Assembly (NCBI GenBank): GCA_958428675.1
Contig: CAUAGV010000001.1
Span: 1-50,028 of the forward strand
From: an uncultured Collinsella sp.
GTDB taxonomy: Bacteria; Actinomycetota; Coriobacteriia; Coriobacteriales; Coriobacteriaceae
DNA length: 50,028 nucleotides
Reading direction: 5' to 3'
Shown: positions 8,921 through 21,316 of the stretch, piece after piece
How the letters are laid out: every line of letters begins with the position of its first letter
Numbering within the stretch: the stretch's first letter is position 1
Translations under genes and position numbers: made by a program
The notes under the pieces: generated by a model
Databases searched by the model: none
Told to the model about the DNA's origin: nothing
What the model saw: only the letters and a program-made list of their open reading frames with translations

Positions 8921-10765
8921 TTGAATTATCTGAGTGAGATGCTCAAATTGCCGGTCTTGGACGTCGACGGCGAAAAGCTCGGCGTGGTTAACGATTTTGG
9001 CATTGCAACCGGCGAAGTTTTTCCGCACGTGACGTCGCTCGCGTTCCGTGGTCCCGGCAAGACGCCGTTTATGATCAGCTGGCGCAAATGGGTCGACCGT
9101 ATCGACGAGACGGGCGTTCATCTTAAGTCGCCGGCCACCGAAATCCGTTTTTCGTACCTGCAGCCGACCGAGCTGTTGCTGGCGCGCGACGTTCTCAATA
9201 AGCAGATTGTCGACACTCAGGGCATGAAGGTCGTGCGCGTCAACGACATCAAGTTCTCCATGTCGGGCGAAAATCAGCTGCGTCTGCTGGGTGCCGAGGT
9301 CGGCGCCCGCGGTCTGCTGCGTGCAATCAGCCCCGCGCTCGAGCACGTCGTCGAGGGCTTTATGAAGCACTTGGGCAAGCCGCTCAGCGAGGACATTATC
9401 GCCTGGTCTTACATGGACCTGCTCGATCGCTCGACTAAGAACATCCAGCTCTCGGTGTCGCACAAGACGCTTGGCGAGCTGCATCCTGCCGACATCGCTG
9501 ACATCATCGAGCAGCTCGACCCGCGCCTGCGCGCGCAGGTGTTCGCGCAGCTCGACACGGCACAGGCCGCCGAGGCCATCTCGGAGTTCGATGACGACGA
9601 GCTCATGACCGAGATGCTCGAAGGCCTGTCCGATACCGACGCATCGTCGATGCTGGCCATGATGGACCCGGATGACGCTGCCGACCTAATCGACGAGCTC
9701 GATTATGAGAAGGCCGAGAAGCTCCTGCGCCTGATGGGCGTCAAGGAGGAGAAGGCGATTCGTAATCTGCTGGGCTACGAGGACAACACCGCCGGCCGCA
9801 TCATGACCTCGGAGTTTGTCTCGCTGCCCGCCACGGCGACGGTCGGCGATGCCATCGAGGCGATTCGCAAGCTCGACGAGGACTTTGAGAGTGTCTATTA
9901 CGTCTATACCGAGGATCCGAGCGGCATGCTCACCGGCGTACTTTCGCTGCGCACGCTCATCGTGGCCGACCGTGACGCCACACTGGGCCAGCTCGCCTAT
10001 CGCGATCTGGTCTACGTGTCGCCCGACGAGGACCAGGAAGACGTGACGGACGAGATGACCAAGTACGACCTGGTTGCCATCCCTGTCTGCGACGAGAACC
10101 GTCATATCCTGGGTATCGTGACCTTCGACGACGCCATGGACGTTATCGCCGAGGAGCATCAGGAGGACCTGCAGATCGCCGGTGTCGGCGCGGGCGACAG
10201 CGCGTCGGACGACTCGACGAACGTGCTCAGCTGGTTCGTGCATCGTCAGTACTGGGTTGTCGTGTGGGGCATCGCCTCGTGCATTATGGCGACGGTGCTG
10301 GGGACGGCGCTGGGCTCTGCGCATCTGGTGGTGTTCCCCATGTGCGCCATGCCGCTCGTGCTGCTGGCTGCCTCGCGCATGGTGTCGTTCGTCAAGAACT
10401 ACTTCCTCGAGTACGACGGTCACGACGACGAGCCCAAACCGTACCTGGGATTCTTCTTCCAGAGCACGGGCATGGGTCTGATCCTTTCGCTTGTTACTTA
10501 CCTGTGCGCGCAGCTGGTGCGCACCGCTGCGTTCCCCGATGCCTCTATGTTTGAGGAGCAGCTCTTTACCGGCTGCTTTAACATTGCCGCCATCATCTGC
10601 CTGGTGGGCAACATGAGCGCCGTGATTTACCTGATGGTGCTGTTCTGGCGCGACGAGCACGACCTTAACACGTCGGGTACCGCCATGAACGTTATCGCCG
10701 TCATGATCTCGTGTGTGGCGTACTGCATCGCCGCGGTGCTGCTCACCATGTCAGTCATGGGATAG
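8921..10765 (+). CDS. MgtE-like protein (2x PRC-barrel + MgtE_N + CBS pair + divergent TM domain)
   Basis: LHPADIADIIEQL, MDPDDAADL, TAGRIMTSEFV, KYDLVAIPV..LGIVTFDD; TTG start after GGGGAG. Confidence 0.8.
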   Translation: MNYLSEMLKLPVLDVDGEKLGVVNDFGIATGEVFPHVTSLAFRGPGKTPFMISWRKWVDRIDETGVHLKSPATEIRFSYLQPTELLLARDVLNKQIVDTQGMKVVRVNDIKFSMSGENQLRLLGAEVGARGLLRAISPALEHVVEGFMKHLGKPLSEDIIAWSYMDLLDRSTKNIQLSVSHKTLGELHPADIADIIEQLDPRLRAQVFAQLDTAQAAEAISEFDDDELMTEMLEGLSDTDASSMLAMMDPDDAADLIDELDYEKAEKLLRLMGVKEEKAIRNLLGYEDNTAGRIMTSEFVSLPATATVGDAIEAIRKLDEDFESVYYVYTEDPSGMLTGVLSLRTLIVADRDATLGQLAYRDLVYVSPDEDQEDVTDEMTKYDLVAIPVCDENRHILGIVTFDDAMDVIAEEHQEDLQIAGVGAGDSASDDSTNVLSWFVHRQYWVVVWGIASCIMATVLGTALGSAHLVVFPMCAMPLVLLAASRMVSFVKNYFLEYDGHDDEPKPYLGFFFQSTGMGLILSLVTYLCAQLVRTAAFPDASMFEEQLFTGCFNIAAIICLVGNMSAVIYLMVLFWRDEHDLNTSGTAMNVIAVMISCVAYCIAAVLLTMSVMG

Positions 10766-10773
10766 GTGGTCGC

Positions 10774-12036
10774 GTGCAAAACACGAAGCAAAAGGCGAGC
10801 ACCAAGCAAAAGCTGACCATCGCCGCCATCTTTGGCGCTATGGGCCCCGGTCTGCTGGCGGCGCTTTCGGGTAACGACGCCGGCGGTATCGCCACGTATT
10901 CCAGTGCGGGCGCCAGCTATGGTTACAAGATGCTCTGGATGCTTCCCGTCATGACCGTGCTGCTTATCGTGACGCAGGAGACCGCGGCGCGCTGCGGATG
11001 CGTCACAGGTAAGGGCCTGGCGTCGCTCATCCGTGAGCGCTTTGGCGTCCGTAAGAGCGTGTTGGCCATGGCGGCGCTGCTGATTGCCAACACAGCCGTG
11101 ACCATTTCGGAGTTTGCGGGTATCGCGAGCGGCCTTGCCCTGTTTGGCGTTCCGGCGAGCATCTCGGTGCCGCTCGTGGCGCTGCTGGTGTGGATGCTTA
11201 CCATGTCGGGCAGCTTCCAGCGCATCGAGAAGATTCTGCTGCTGGTGAGCTGCGTGTTCGTGACCTATATCGTCGCCGCGTTTATGGCTGGCCCCAACTG
11301 GGGTGAGGTCGCGGTCGACCTGGTCGTGCCTAACATTCAAAATGACCCCAGCTACGTGTCGCTCGTGGTCGCAACGATCGGTACCACCATCGCGCCGTGG
11401 ATGATTTTCTTGGCGCAGAACAACGTGGTCGATAAGAACGCGGGCGAGGACGACATCGTGCTGCAGCGTATTGATACCGTGAGCGGCTCGATCGCTGCCG
11501 ATATCATTGCCGGCTTTATTATCATCACGACCGGCACGGTGTTGTTCCCGGCGGGTATTCAGATTAGCGATGCTGCCGATGCTGCCCGCGCGCTGGAGCC
11601 TATTGCGGGTCAGTGGTCTACGGTACTGTTTGCCTCGGGCCTGGTCGCGGCGAGCTTCTTGGCTGCCTGCGTGCTGCCGGGCGTTACGTCGAGCGCTATC
11701 TGCGAGGCATTTGGCTGGGAGCGCGGTGCCGACCGCAGCTGGGACGAGGCCCCGGTCTATCGCGGCATCATTACGGCCATCATCGGTATCTCTGCCGTGC
11801 TGGTGCTTATGCCCGGTGTCGATCTGTTCCAGATTATGATGACCTCGCAGGTCATCAATGGCGTGCTACTGCCCGTGGTTCTGGTGTTCCAGGTGGTTAT
11901 CGCCGCCGACCGTCACATTATGGGCACTAACCGCAACGGCCGCGTGTGGAATGTGCTCACTTGGGCGACTATCGCCGTGATTACGGTGCTGACGGTCGTC
12001 ATGTTTGTGCTGCAAGCGATGGGCTACAGCGCTTAG
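10774..12036 (+). CDS. NRAMP-related Mg2+ transporter (NRMT-type)
   Basis: GPGLL..LSGNDAGGIATYS (no DPGN) and GTTIAPW; GTG start after AGGTGG. Confidence 0.85.
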   Translation: MQNTKQKASTKQKLTIAAIFGAMGPGLLAALSGNDAGGIATYSSAGASYGYKMLWMLPVMTVLLIVTQETAARCGCVTGKGLASLIRERFGVRKSVLAMAALLIANTAVTISEFAGIASGLALFGVPASISVPLVALLVWMLTMSGSFQRIEKILLLVSCVFVTYIVAAFMAGPNWGEVAVDLVVPNIQNDPSYVSLVVATIGTTIAPWMIFLAQNNVVDKNAGEDDIVLQRIDTVSGSIAADIIAGFIIITTGTVLFPAGIQISDAADAARALEPIAGQWSTVLFASGLVAASFLAACVLPGVTSSAICEAFGWERGADRSWDEAPVYRGIITAIIGISAVLVLMPGVDLFQIMMTSQVINGVLLPVVLVFQVVIAADRHIMGTNRNGRVWNVLTWATIAVITVLTVVMFVLQAMGYSA

Positions 12037-12055
12037 CGCCCACTTTTGCTTCCGA

Positions 12056-12089
12056 ACAGGCCGTAGCGATGGACTGCGGCCTGTTTTTT
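12056..12089 (+). terminator. Intrinsic terminator of the mgtE-NRMT operon
   Basis: aacaggccgtag / ctgcggcctgtt followed by a T run. Confidence 0.75.
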
Positions 12090-12118
12090 GCCCGCTATAG
12101 GGCATTAGTTATATGGCA

Positions 12119-12348
12119 GTGGACAAAAAATGCCAAATATGAGTACTGTTGCTAAGTGAATAGCATTTACATCCAAGAAGATAATGGACATAGCCGATAG
12201 TATGTTCATTAAAATTGGCTCCAATATGTCTTAAACCAGTCAGGTTGGCTGCTTTAGGGGGTTGTAGGGGCCGCTCGGACGTCATTTTGGGTGGTTTTGC
12301 CTGCTACTAAAATGGTAACAGTACTCATATTTGCCCCTTTTTGTCCAC
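12119..12348. mobile_element. MITE-like 230-bp element with 32-bp terminal inverted repeats
   Basis: gtggacaaaaaatgccaaatatgagtactgtt vs reverse complement of the right end, gtggacaaaaaggggcaaatatgagtactgtt (29/32); AT-richer non-coding interior. Confidence 0.45.
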
Positions 12349-12581
12349 GATCCCTTGAAGCCGGCTCGAAAAGAGTGATTTTGGTTTGTTTGCTGCGGGT
12401 GTGGGCTTGGAAACAACGTTCGGGGTGGCGAGGCGCCCAGAATTCGGTCGCAAGGAGGGCGTTCCTCGGCTGTGTCAGGAGTGTCCCTAGGTGCCGGCAC
12501 ATAAGGAACGTTCCTAACTGCCGGAGGGGGTGTCTGCCGTGGCGGGCACCCCCTCCGGATGTGGGAAGTTTGCGCTGCAGG

Positions 12582-14798
12582 TTACTTATCGGTGCCCAGC
12601 TTGTGCGGCTTGAGAGCGAGCGCATTGACGAGCGCGTCGGTGGCAGACTTGACGGCCGCCGGCTGCGGATCGTTGACGTGATCCTCGGGATGCACGGGCA
12701 GGTCCTTCTTGACTGCATCGTGGATCAAGTTGAGGTACTCAGTCACGCCAGTGGTCGACAGGTGCGTGCCATCGCCATCGAACAGGTCGTTGCGATTGGC
12801 ACTGTATCCGTACCAGTCGATAACGCGCACGTTCTTGTAGCGCGTAGCAGCGTTGGCGATGGCCTGGTTGGTAGAGCCAACCCACGGCTGCGGGCTGCGC
12901 GTGTTCACAAACACCACAATACGCTTATCTCCTGCATCGGTCATGATGGCGTCGATCTGGTCGTCGGTTACCAAGCCGTTGGTGCCCAGCGCAAAGACCA
13001 CGATCTTGCCGGCAAGGTTCTGTTGGAGATAGCCCTCAAATGTCGCGCGGCCCGCATCAAACTGGCGGCCCTTTTCGGCATCGATGTGACTGTGGGGGAA
13101 CACGCCGTCAAAGGAATCGACGGCGCGCAGCGACACGGAGTCACCGATCATCAGCAGGTCGTAGGATCCGTCGGGGAAGCCGTCGTTGTCCTTGTCGGTG
13201 TCGTCGGCTGCCTGTTGGTCCGTTGGCGCGGTGTTTTTGGCTTCCTTGTTGAGGACTTCGGCGCCCTCACCGCTCAGTGCGGAGGTCTCCGGCACAAAGA
13301 TCAGGCCGCCCAGCGCGATAACAAGCACGATGCCGCAAGTGGCGCACACGGGAATATGCGCGCGTATCCAGTTGGCGGGCGTGGTGGTGCCGTCGCGGAA
13401 CTCGGATACGGTGCGCCCAAAGGCGCCCTTTCTAAACGGCGTCTCGATAAAGCGATATGAGCATTCGGCTACGGCGACCACCAACAACACCTGCAAAACG
13501 TACTGCCACCACGGCGTATCGTTGATGTTGGCGACCGGGTTCATGAGCAACAGTAGCGGATAGTGCCACAGGTAGATGCTGTACGAGCGCTTGCCAACCC
13601 ACACGAGCGGCTCGGCGGACAGCGCGTGGGCAACCATTCCCTGGGGCTGCACGCAGGCTGCGATGACCATGAGCGTGAGGATGGAGCATAACAGCGTGCC
13701 GCCGCGATATTGGAACGCGGTGTAGACGTTGGTGAGCGCGACCATGGCGGCAAGGCCAACCAGACCCACGACGCCCAACACATCGATGGATGCGGGCGAA
13801 GACCAAAAGCGCACGAGGGCGCTCGGCTGTGCCGGGACGGTCTCGGCTGCGTCGTCGGTCGTAGCGTCATGCTTGCCCTCGGCGTTCTTGCCGTGCTTGG
13901 CGGCGCCAGCCAGGCGATTGAGCCCCAAACGACGAGCGAGACGCACCGGCGCCAGGTCGCGATCGGGGATAAAGGCCATCCAGGCGCCCAGCAGCAGCGA
14001 GAAGACGCGGGTGTCGGTGCCGTAGTACACGCGGCTGGGGTCGGCGGCGGGGTTATAGAGCACCATCATGGCGATGGTGGAGACAGCAGCCAGGCCCAGA
14101 ACCACGCGGCGCGTGTTGGGCTTGCTCATGTGCATGGATACCATAGCGAGCAGCAGCGGGGGCCAAACCAGGTAGAACTGTTCCTCGATGGCGAGCGACC
14201 AAAAGTGCGTAAGCGGCGAGGGGTCGCCCAGAGCATTGAAGTACGAGACGTCCTGCATAATCTGCCACCAGTTGTTAAAGAACAGCAGCGACGGCAGAAT
14301 GTCGGGGCGCATCTTGGTGAGCATCACGTGGTTAAAGATGGTGCACAGCGCGCAGGTCACGAACACTACCGTTACCACGGCGGGGACCAGGCGACGGATG
14401 CGGCGAATCCAGAAGCTCTTAAGGTCGATGCGGCCGGTCTTAGCGACTTCGTTGAGCAGCAAGCGCGTGATCAGATAGCCCGAAAGCACAAAGAAGATCG
14501 TGACGCCGAGCAGACCGCCCTGAGCCCACGTGAGGTTGAGGTGATAGAGCACCACCGCGACGACGGCAAGCGTGCGCAGGCCGTCGAGCGCAGGGATGTA
14601 GCGGGACTTGGGGCGAGCAGGCGTCTGCTCCGCGGCGGGAGTGTTGGCGCGGCCAGCGTTGTTGGCAGAAGCGCGATGGGGGCTCGCGGTGCGTCGCGGC
14701 TCGTTGGCACGGCGCTCGCCCTTCACGCGTTCGTGCGGCGCCGGCTCGTTGCCCGTGCGGCGTCGACCGCGCGAGCCCGATTGCGAGAATTGTTCCAT
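12582..14798 (-). CDS. oatA: Acyltransferase-3 + SGNH protein (peptidoglycan O-acetyltransferase OatA-like)
   Basis: YIPALDGLR, GVTIFFVLSGYLIT, HFWSLAIEEQFY, RVYYGTDTR, SYSIYLWHYP; GDS and DGTH in the SGNH domain. Confidence 0.85.
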   Translation of the reverse strand: MEQFSQSGSRGRRRTGNEPAPHERVKGERRANEPRRTASPHRASANNAGRANTPAAEQTPARPKSRYIPALDGLRTLAVVAVVLYHLNLTWAQGGLLGVTIFFVLSGYLITRLLLNEVAKTGRIDLKSFWIRRIRRLVPAVVTVVFVTCALCTIFNHVMLTKMRPDILPSLLFFNNWWQIMQDVSYFNALGDPSPLTHFWSLAIEEQFYLVWPPLLLAMVSMHMSKPNTRRVVLGLAAVSTIAMMVLYNPAADPSRVYYGTDTRVFSLLLGAWMAFIPDRDLAPVRLARRLGLNRLAGAAKHGKNAEGKHDATTDDAAETVPAQPSALVRFWSSPASIDVLGVVGLVGLAAMVALTNVYTAFQYRGGTLLCSILTLMVIAACVQPQGMVAHALSAEPLVWVGKRSYSIYLWHYPLLLLMNPVANINDTPWWQYVLQVLLVVAVAECSYRFIETPFRKGAFGRTVSEFRDGTTTPANWIRAHIPVCATCGIVLVIALGGLIFVPETSALSGEGAEVLNKEAKNTAPTDQQAADDTDKDNDGFPDGSYDLLMIGDSVSLRAVDSFDGVFPHSHIDAEKGRQFDAGRATFEGYLQQNLAGKIVVFALGTNGLVTDDQIDAIMTDAGDKRIVVFVNTRSPQPWVGSTNQAIANAATRYKNVRVIDWYGYSANRNDLFDGDGTHLSTTGVTEYLNLIHDAVKKDLPVHPEDHVNDPQPAAVKSATDALVNALALKPHKLGTDK

Positions 14799-14985
14799 AA
14801 AACATCATCCAATGACGAGAATAATCAGCACGTATTCATTGTAGCTGCCTGCCCCTGTGAATGCTTGCTGCTGGCGCAAGCTCAAGCGCGCGTCCACATC
14901 AAAGTGGACTAAAGTTATAGGGGGTGCGAGAGTGCACAATCGTTGGTCGACGGTGGGCGCAAAGCCTGAAGACGAGGAGGTTTCC

Positions 14986-15981
14986 ATGGCGGATCACAGC
15001 ATCGTTGCGGTGTTCGGCAGCATGAACATGGACCTTTCGGTGGCGTGCGAGCGCATGCCGCGCGCGGGCGAGACCGTCGGTGGCAGCGGTTTTATCACCA
15101 ACGCCGGCGGTAAGGGAGCCAATCAGGCCGTTGCCGCTGCGCGCATGGGTGCGCGCACGTGCATGATCGGCGCTGTTGGGCGCGATACCTTTGGCGATGC
15201 GCTTGTGGCAGGGCTCCAGGATGCCGGCGTGGGCGTTGAGTTTGTGGCGCGTCGCGATGACGTGGAGACCGGTACCGCGACTATCATTCGCTGTGAGAGC
15301 GACAACCGCATCGTGCTGTCGCCGGGCGCCAACCATGCGCTTGCGGGCGAGGACGTTGCCCGCGCACTGAGGCGCTTGGTGGCCGACGAGCTCGACGGCG
15401 ATGCCAGCGAGATTGCCCCGGCTGTCGGAAGCGTCTTTATTGCCCAGGGCGAATGTGACCTTGCGGCGACGGCCGAGGCGCTTGCTTGTGCTCACGAGCT
15501 GGGGTTCTATACGATCTTTAACCCTGCGCCCGCCTGCGACCTGCCGGCAGGAGCGTGGTCTGCGGTCGACCTGGTCTGCCCCAACGAGACCGAGTGCCAG
15601 ATGCTGACGGGCATTCTGCCCACAGATGATGCGAGTTGCGTCGCCGCGCTCAATGCGCTGCTCGACAAGGGCGCCGGGGCTGCGGCCATCACGCTGGGCG
15701 GCGCCGGCTCGGTTACGCTCGGCGATGGCGGTGAGCCGCTGCGCATGCCGGCGCTTTCGAGTACGGTAGTCGATACCACGGCCGCGGGCGATACGTTTAT
15801 CGGCGCGTTGGCGGCGGCTCGTCTGGAGGGCCTGCCGCTCTTTGAGTGCATGGCGGCGGGCGCTCGCGCCTCGGCGGTGACGGTATCGCGCCTGGGCGCT
15901 CAGCAATCAATTCCCACGCGTGCGGAAGTCGAGCACAAGTTTGGTTTAGACGGTTTGGATGTAGACGGAGAAGCGGAGTAG
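14986..15981 (+). CDS. rbsK: Ribokinase (PfkB family)
   Basis: GSMNMD, GGKGANQAVA, NPAP, PNETE, DTTAAGDTFIG; AGGAGG RBS. Confidence 0.85.
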   Translation: MADHSIVAVFGSMNMDLSVACERMPRAGETVGGSGFITNAGGKGANQAVAAARMGARTCMIGAVGRDTFGDALVAGLQDAGVGVEFVARRDDVETGTATIIRCESDNRIVLSPGANHALAGEDVARALRRLVADELDGDASEIAPAVGSVFIAQGECDLAATAEALACAHELGFYTIFNPAPACDLPAGAWSAVDLVCPNETECQMLTGILPTDDASCVAALNALLDKGAGAAAITLGGAGSVTLGDGGEPLRMPALSSTVVDTTAAGDTFIGALAAARLEGLPLFECMAAGARASAVTVSRLGAQQSIPTRAEVEHKFGLDGLDVDGEAE

Positions 15982-15985
15982 AACA

Positions 15986-16960
15986 ATGGCAACCAAGAAG
16001 CTGATCCTTGATCTGGATATGGGTGTGGACGATGCGATGGCGCTCGCCTATGCCATCGCGAGCCCCGAGGTGGAGCTCGTGGGCATCACCACGTGCTTTG
16101 GCAACGTGCGCGTCGAGCAATCGGCGCACAACTGCCTGGCGGTGCTCGATCTGCTGGGTCGCCCCGAGGTTCCGGTGTACCTGGGTGCCGACCGTCCTCT
16201 GCAGGCGACTGAGCCCTATACGCCGCCGGCGTCCACCGCGCTCATTCACGGCAAGAACGGCATCGGCGGCGCAAGCGTGCCCGCCTCGCCGTACGAGCCG
16301 GTGGGCGCGATGTCGGCCGATGGCAATGCGGCGGTCGATTACCTGATTGATGCCGCGCGTACCTATGGTCCCGACTTGGTCTATGTGGCGACCGGTCCGC
16401 TCTCCAACCTGGCGCTCGCCCTTGAGCGCGACGCGGCGGCGATGATGTCTATCGGCCGCGTGGTGGTGATGGGTGGCGCCCTGACCGTGCCCGGCAACGT
16501 GAGCGCCGGTGCCGAGGCCAACATGGCGAGCGACCCCGAGGCCGCTGACGCGGTGCTGCGCTCGGGCCGCAAACTCACCATGGTTGGTCTTGACGTGACG
16601 CATCGCGTGGTGCTGACGCGCCGCGACATTGCCGGTTGGACGGGCTCGGGCACCATGGCGGGCTGCGCATTTGCGAGTATGGTCGAGCACTACATTGGCT
16701 CGTACGAGATGAACGCCCCTTACCTGGGCGGCTGCGCGCTGCACGATCCGCTTGCCGTTGCCGTGGCGATTGATCCCACGCTCGTGGGCGCACTTGGTTG
16801 CAACTTGCGCGTCGACCTGCTCGGCGAGTATCGCGGCCGCACTATCTGCGACGAGCATCGCCTGTCCGACCCCGACAAGAGCGCGCTTGTGGCACTCACC
16901 GTGGACGCCCCGCGCTTTCTGTCCGAGTTCAAGGCGCGCATGGCCCGCATCCTAGGCTAG
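15986..16960 (+). CDS. Inosine/uridine-preferring nucleoside hydrolase
   Basis: DLDMGVDD Ca-binding motif, TGPLSN, MGG..GNV...AEAN, GLDVT, LHDP. Confidence 0.9.
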   Translation: MATKKLILDLDMGVDDAMALAYAIASPEVELVGITTCFGNVRVEQSAHNCLAVLDLLGRPEVPVYLGADRPLQATEPYTPPASTALIHGKNGIGGASVPASPYEPVGAMSADGNAAVDYLIDAARTYGPDLVYVATGPLSNLALALERDAAAMMSIGRVVVMGGALTVPGNVSAGAEANMASDPEAADAVLRSGRKLTMVGLDVTHRVVLTRRDIAGWTGSGTMAGCAFASMVEHYIGSYEMNAPYLGGCALHDPLAVAVAIDPTLVGALGCNLRVDLLGEYRGRTICDEHRLSDPDKSALVALTVDAPRFLSEFKARMARILG

Positions 16961-17057
16961 GCTCGGGATCGAAGCACGCCCATCTGCTCGATGTGGCCGC
17001 TGGCGGGCCGACATCTACCGTTCGCCAGCCCGATGGTCCCCGGGGCGGGGAGAGCGC

Positions 17058-17063
17058 TATAAT
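17058..17063 (+). promoter_or_regulatory. -10 box of the licT operon
   Basis: TATAAT just upstream of the first RAT. Confidence 0.6.
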
Positions 17064-17074
17064 GCATTCTGCAT

Positions 17075-17111
17075 CTTGGATTGTTACTCCTGTGTGGAGG
17101 CATGCCCAAGA
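17075..17111 (+). promoter_or_regulatory. RAT (ribonucleic antiterminator) site 1
   Basis: GGATTGTTAC-tcc..gga-GGCATGCCC matches the BglG/LicT RAT consensus GGATTGTTAC...GGCAAAACC. Confidence 0.8.
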
Positions 17112-17135
17112 GCAATACAACACGGATTGTTACGT

Positions 17136-17181
17136 AAGGCATGATAGCCAATAGCACTGCTATTGGCTATCATGCCTTTTT
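17136..17181 (+). terminator. Conditional intrinsic terminator of the licT leader, overlapped by RAT-like site 2 (from 17124)
   Basis: Perfect 20-bp stem aaggcatgatagccaatagc / gctattggctatcatgcctt plus T run. Confidence 0.85.
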
Positions 17182-17210
17182 CTGTGAGTGTTCTTGAAAG
17201 GAGGTTCACC

Positions 17211-18050
17211 ATGCTTGCAATTAAAAAGCTTAACAACAACGCGGTTCTTTGCCGTGACGGACAGGGGCGAGATGTCATCGCCATGGGCAGGGGCGTCGGT
17301 TTCGGCGGAGATTTTCCTCGAGAGCTCCCTCTTTCTAAAATCGAGCATACGTTTTACGACATTGATCCTAAAGGACAAGATGTCATGAGGGATCTTCCCT
17401 CGGATATCGTGATGTTTGCGGCGAAAGTTATGGACATCGTTGCCAACGAACTGCCCTACGACCTCTCGACCAATGCGACGCTGTTCATGGCTGATCACCT
17501 GTCGTTTGCCGTTGCGCGAGCCCAAAAGGGGGTCCGCATCGCGATGCCTCTTGCCTATGAAGTGCGGGAGACGTATCCGAAGGAATACAAGGCTGCCCAG
17601 TTTATCGTCATGCGACTCGAGAAGGAGCTCGGAGAGCGGCTTCCCAAGGATGAGATTGCCAGTATTGCGATGAATCTCGTGAACGCACGGGTTGTTGAAG
17701 CCGTCAAAGCCACGGCCGAGCCCGCAAAGCAGTTCGACGATATGCTCGAGGACGTTATCGAGATTCTCGAAAGCGATTTCCGCATTATTGTCGACCGCGA
17801 TTCCTTTGATTTCACCCGCTTCGCCACGCATCTGCGGTACCTGTTCAAGCGCATTCAAGCCGGCGAGTCGCTGAACAGCGCCAACATGCAGATGTACAAG
17901 AACTTTCGTGAGGAGTTTCCGCAGTTGGCAGAGTGCGTGAAGCATATCGGTTCCTATTGTCGTGAAACGTGGGACGCCACGCTCTCCGAGGAGGAGGAAC
18001 TCTATCTGATGATCCATCTCAACCGGATCATCTCCAAAAAAGGATTGTAA
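17211..18050 (+). CDS. licT: BglG/LicT-family transcription antiterminator (CAT + 2 PRD)
   Basis: KKLNNNAV..IAMGRGVGF, DHLSFA, RFATHLRY, YLMIHL; AAGGAGGT RBS. Confidence 0.9.
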   Translation: MLAIKKLNNNAVLCRDGQGRDVIAMGRGVGFGGDFPRELPLSKIEHTFYDIDPKGQDVMRDLPSDIVMFAAKVMDIVANELPYDLSTNATLFMADHLSFAVARAQKGVRIAMPLAYEVRETYPKEYKAAQFIVMRLEKELGERLPKDEIASIAMNLVNARVVEAVKATAEPAKQFDDMLEDVIEILESDFRIIVDRDSFDFTRFATHLRYLFKRIQAGESLNSANMQMYKNFREEFPQLAECVKHIGSYCRETWDATLSEEEELYLMIHLNRIISKKGL

Positions 18051-18074
18051 CCCGTAGCCATTCGGGGCATGACC
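18042..18074 (+). promoter_or_regulatory. RAT site 3, overlapping the licT stop codon
   Basis: GGATTGTAAC-ccg..cgg-GGCATGACC. Confidence 0.7.
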
Positions 18075-18120
18075 TTTGCCGATTCGAACAGTAAGCCAAG
18101 ATTGTGCAAAGGAGCCAATG

Positions 18121-21134
<3,014 letters not shown>

Positions 21135-21316
21135 TAACGTTAAGATGGACAAATGCGCCCGTTGGGGGAATAGTCGTGCCACTTCGCTTGACAACAGGCT
21201 AAACTAGCTATTAAACATTTACTATTCTGTTTAGATTGAATTTGCGGTCGTTTAGTTGCCGAGTCACGGGGCGGTCAAGCCACGATGCTCGACCGCGACC
21301 GTTACTAGGGGGAACA

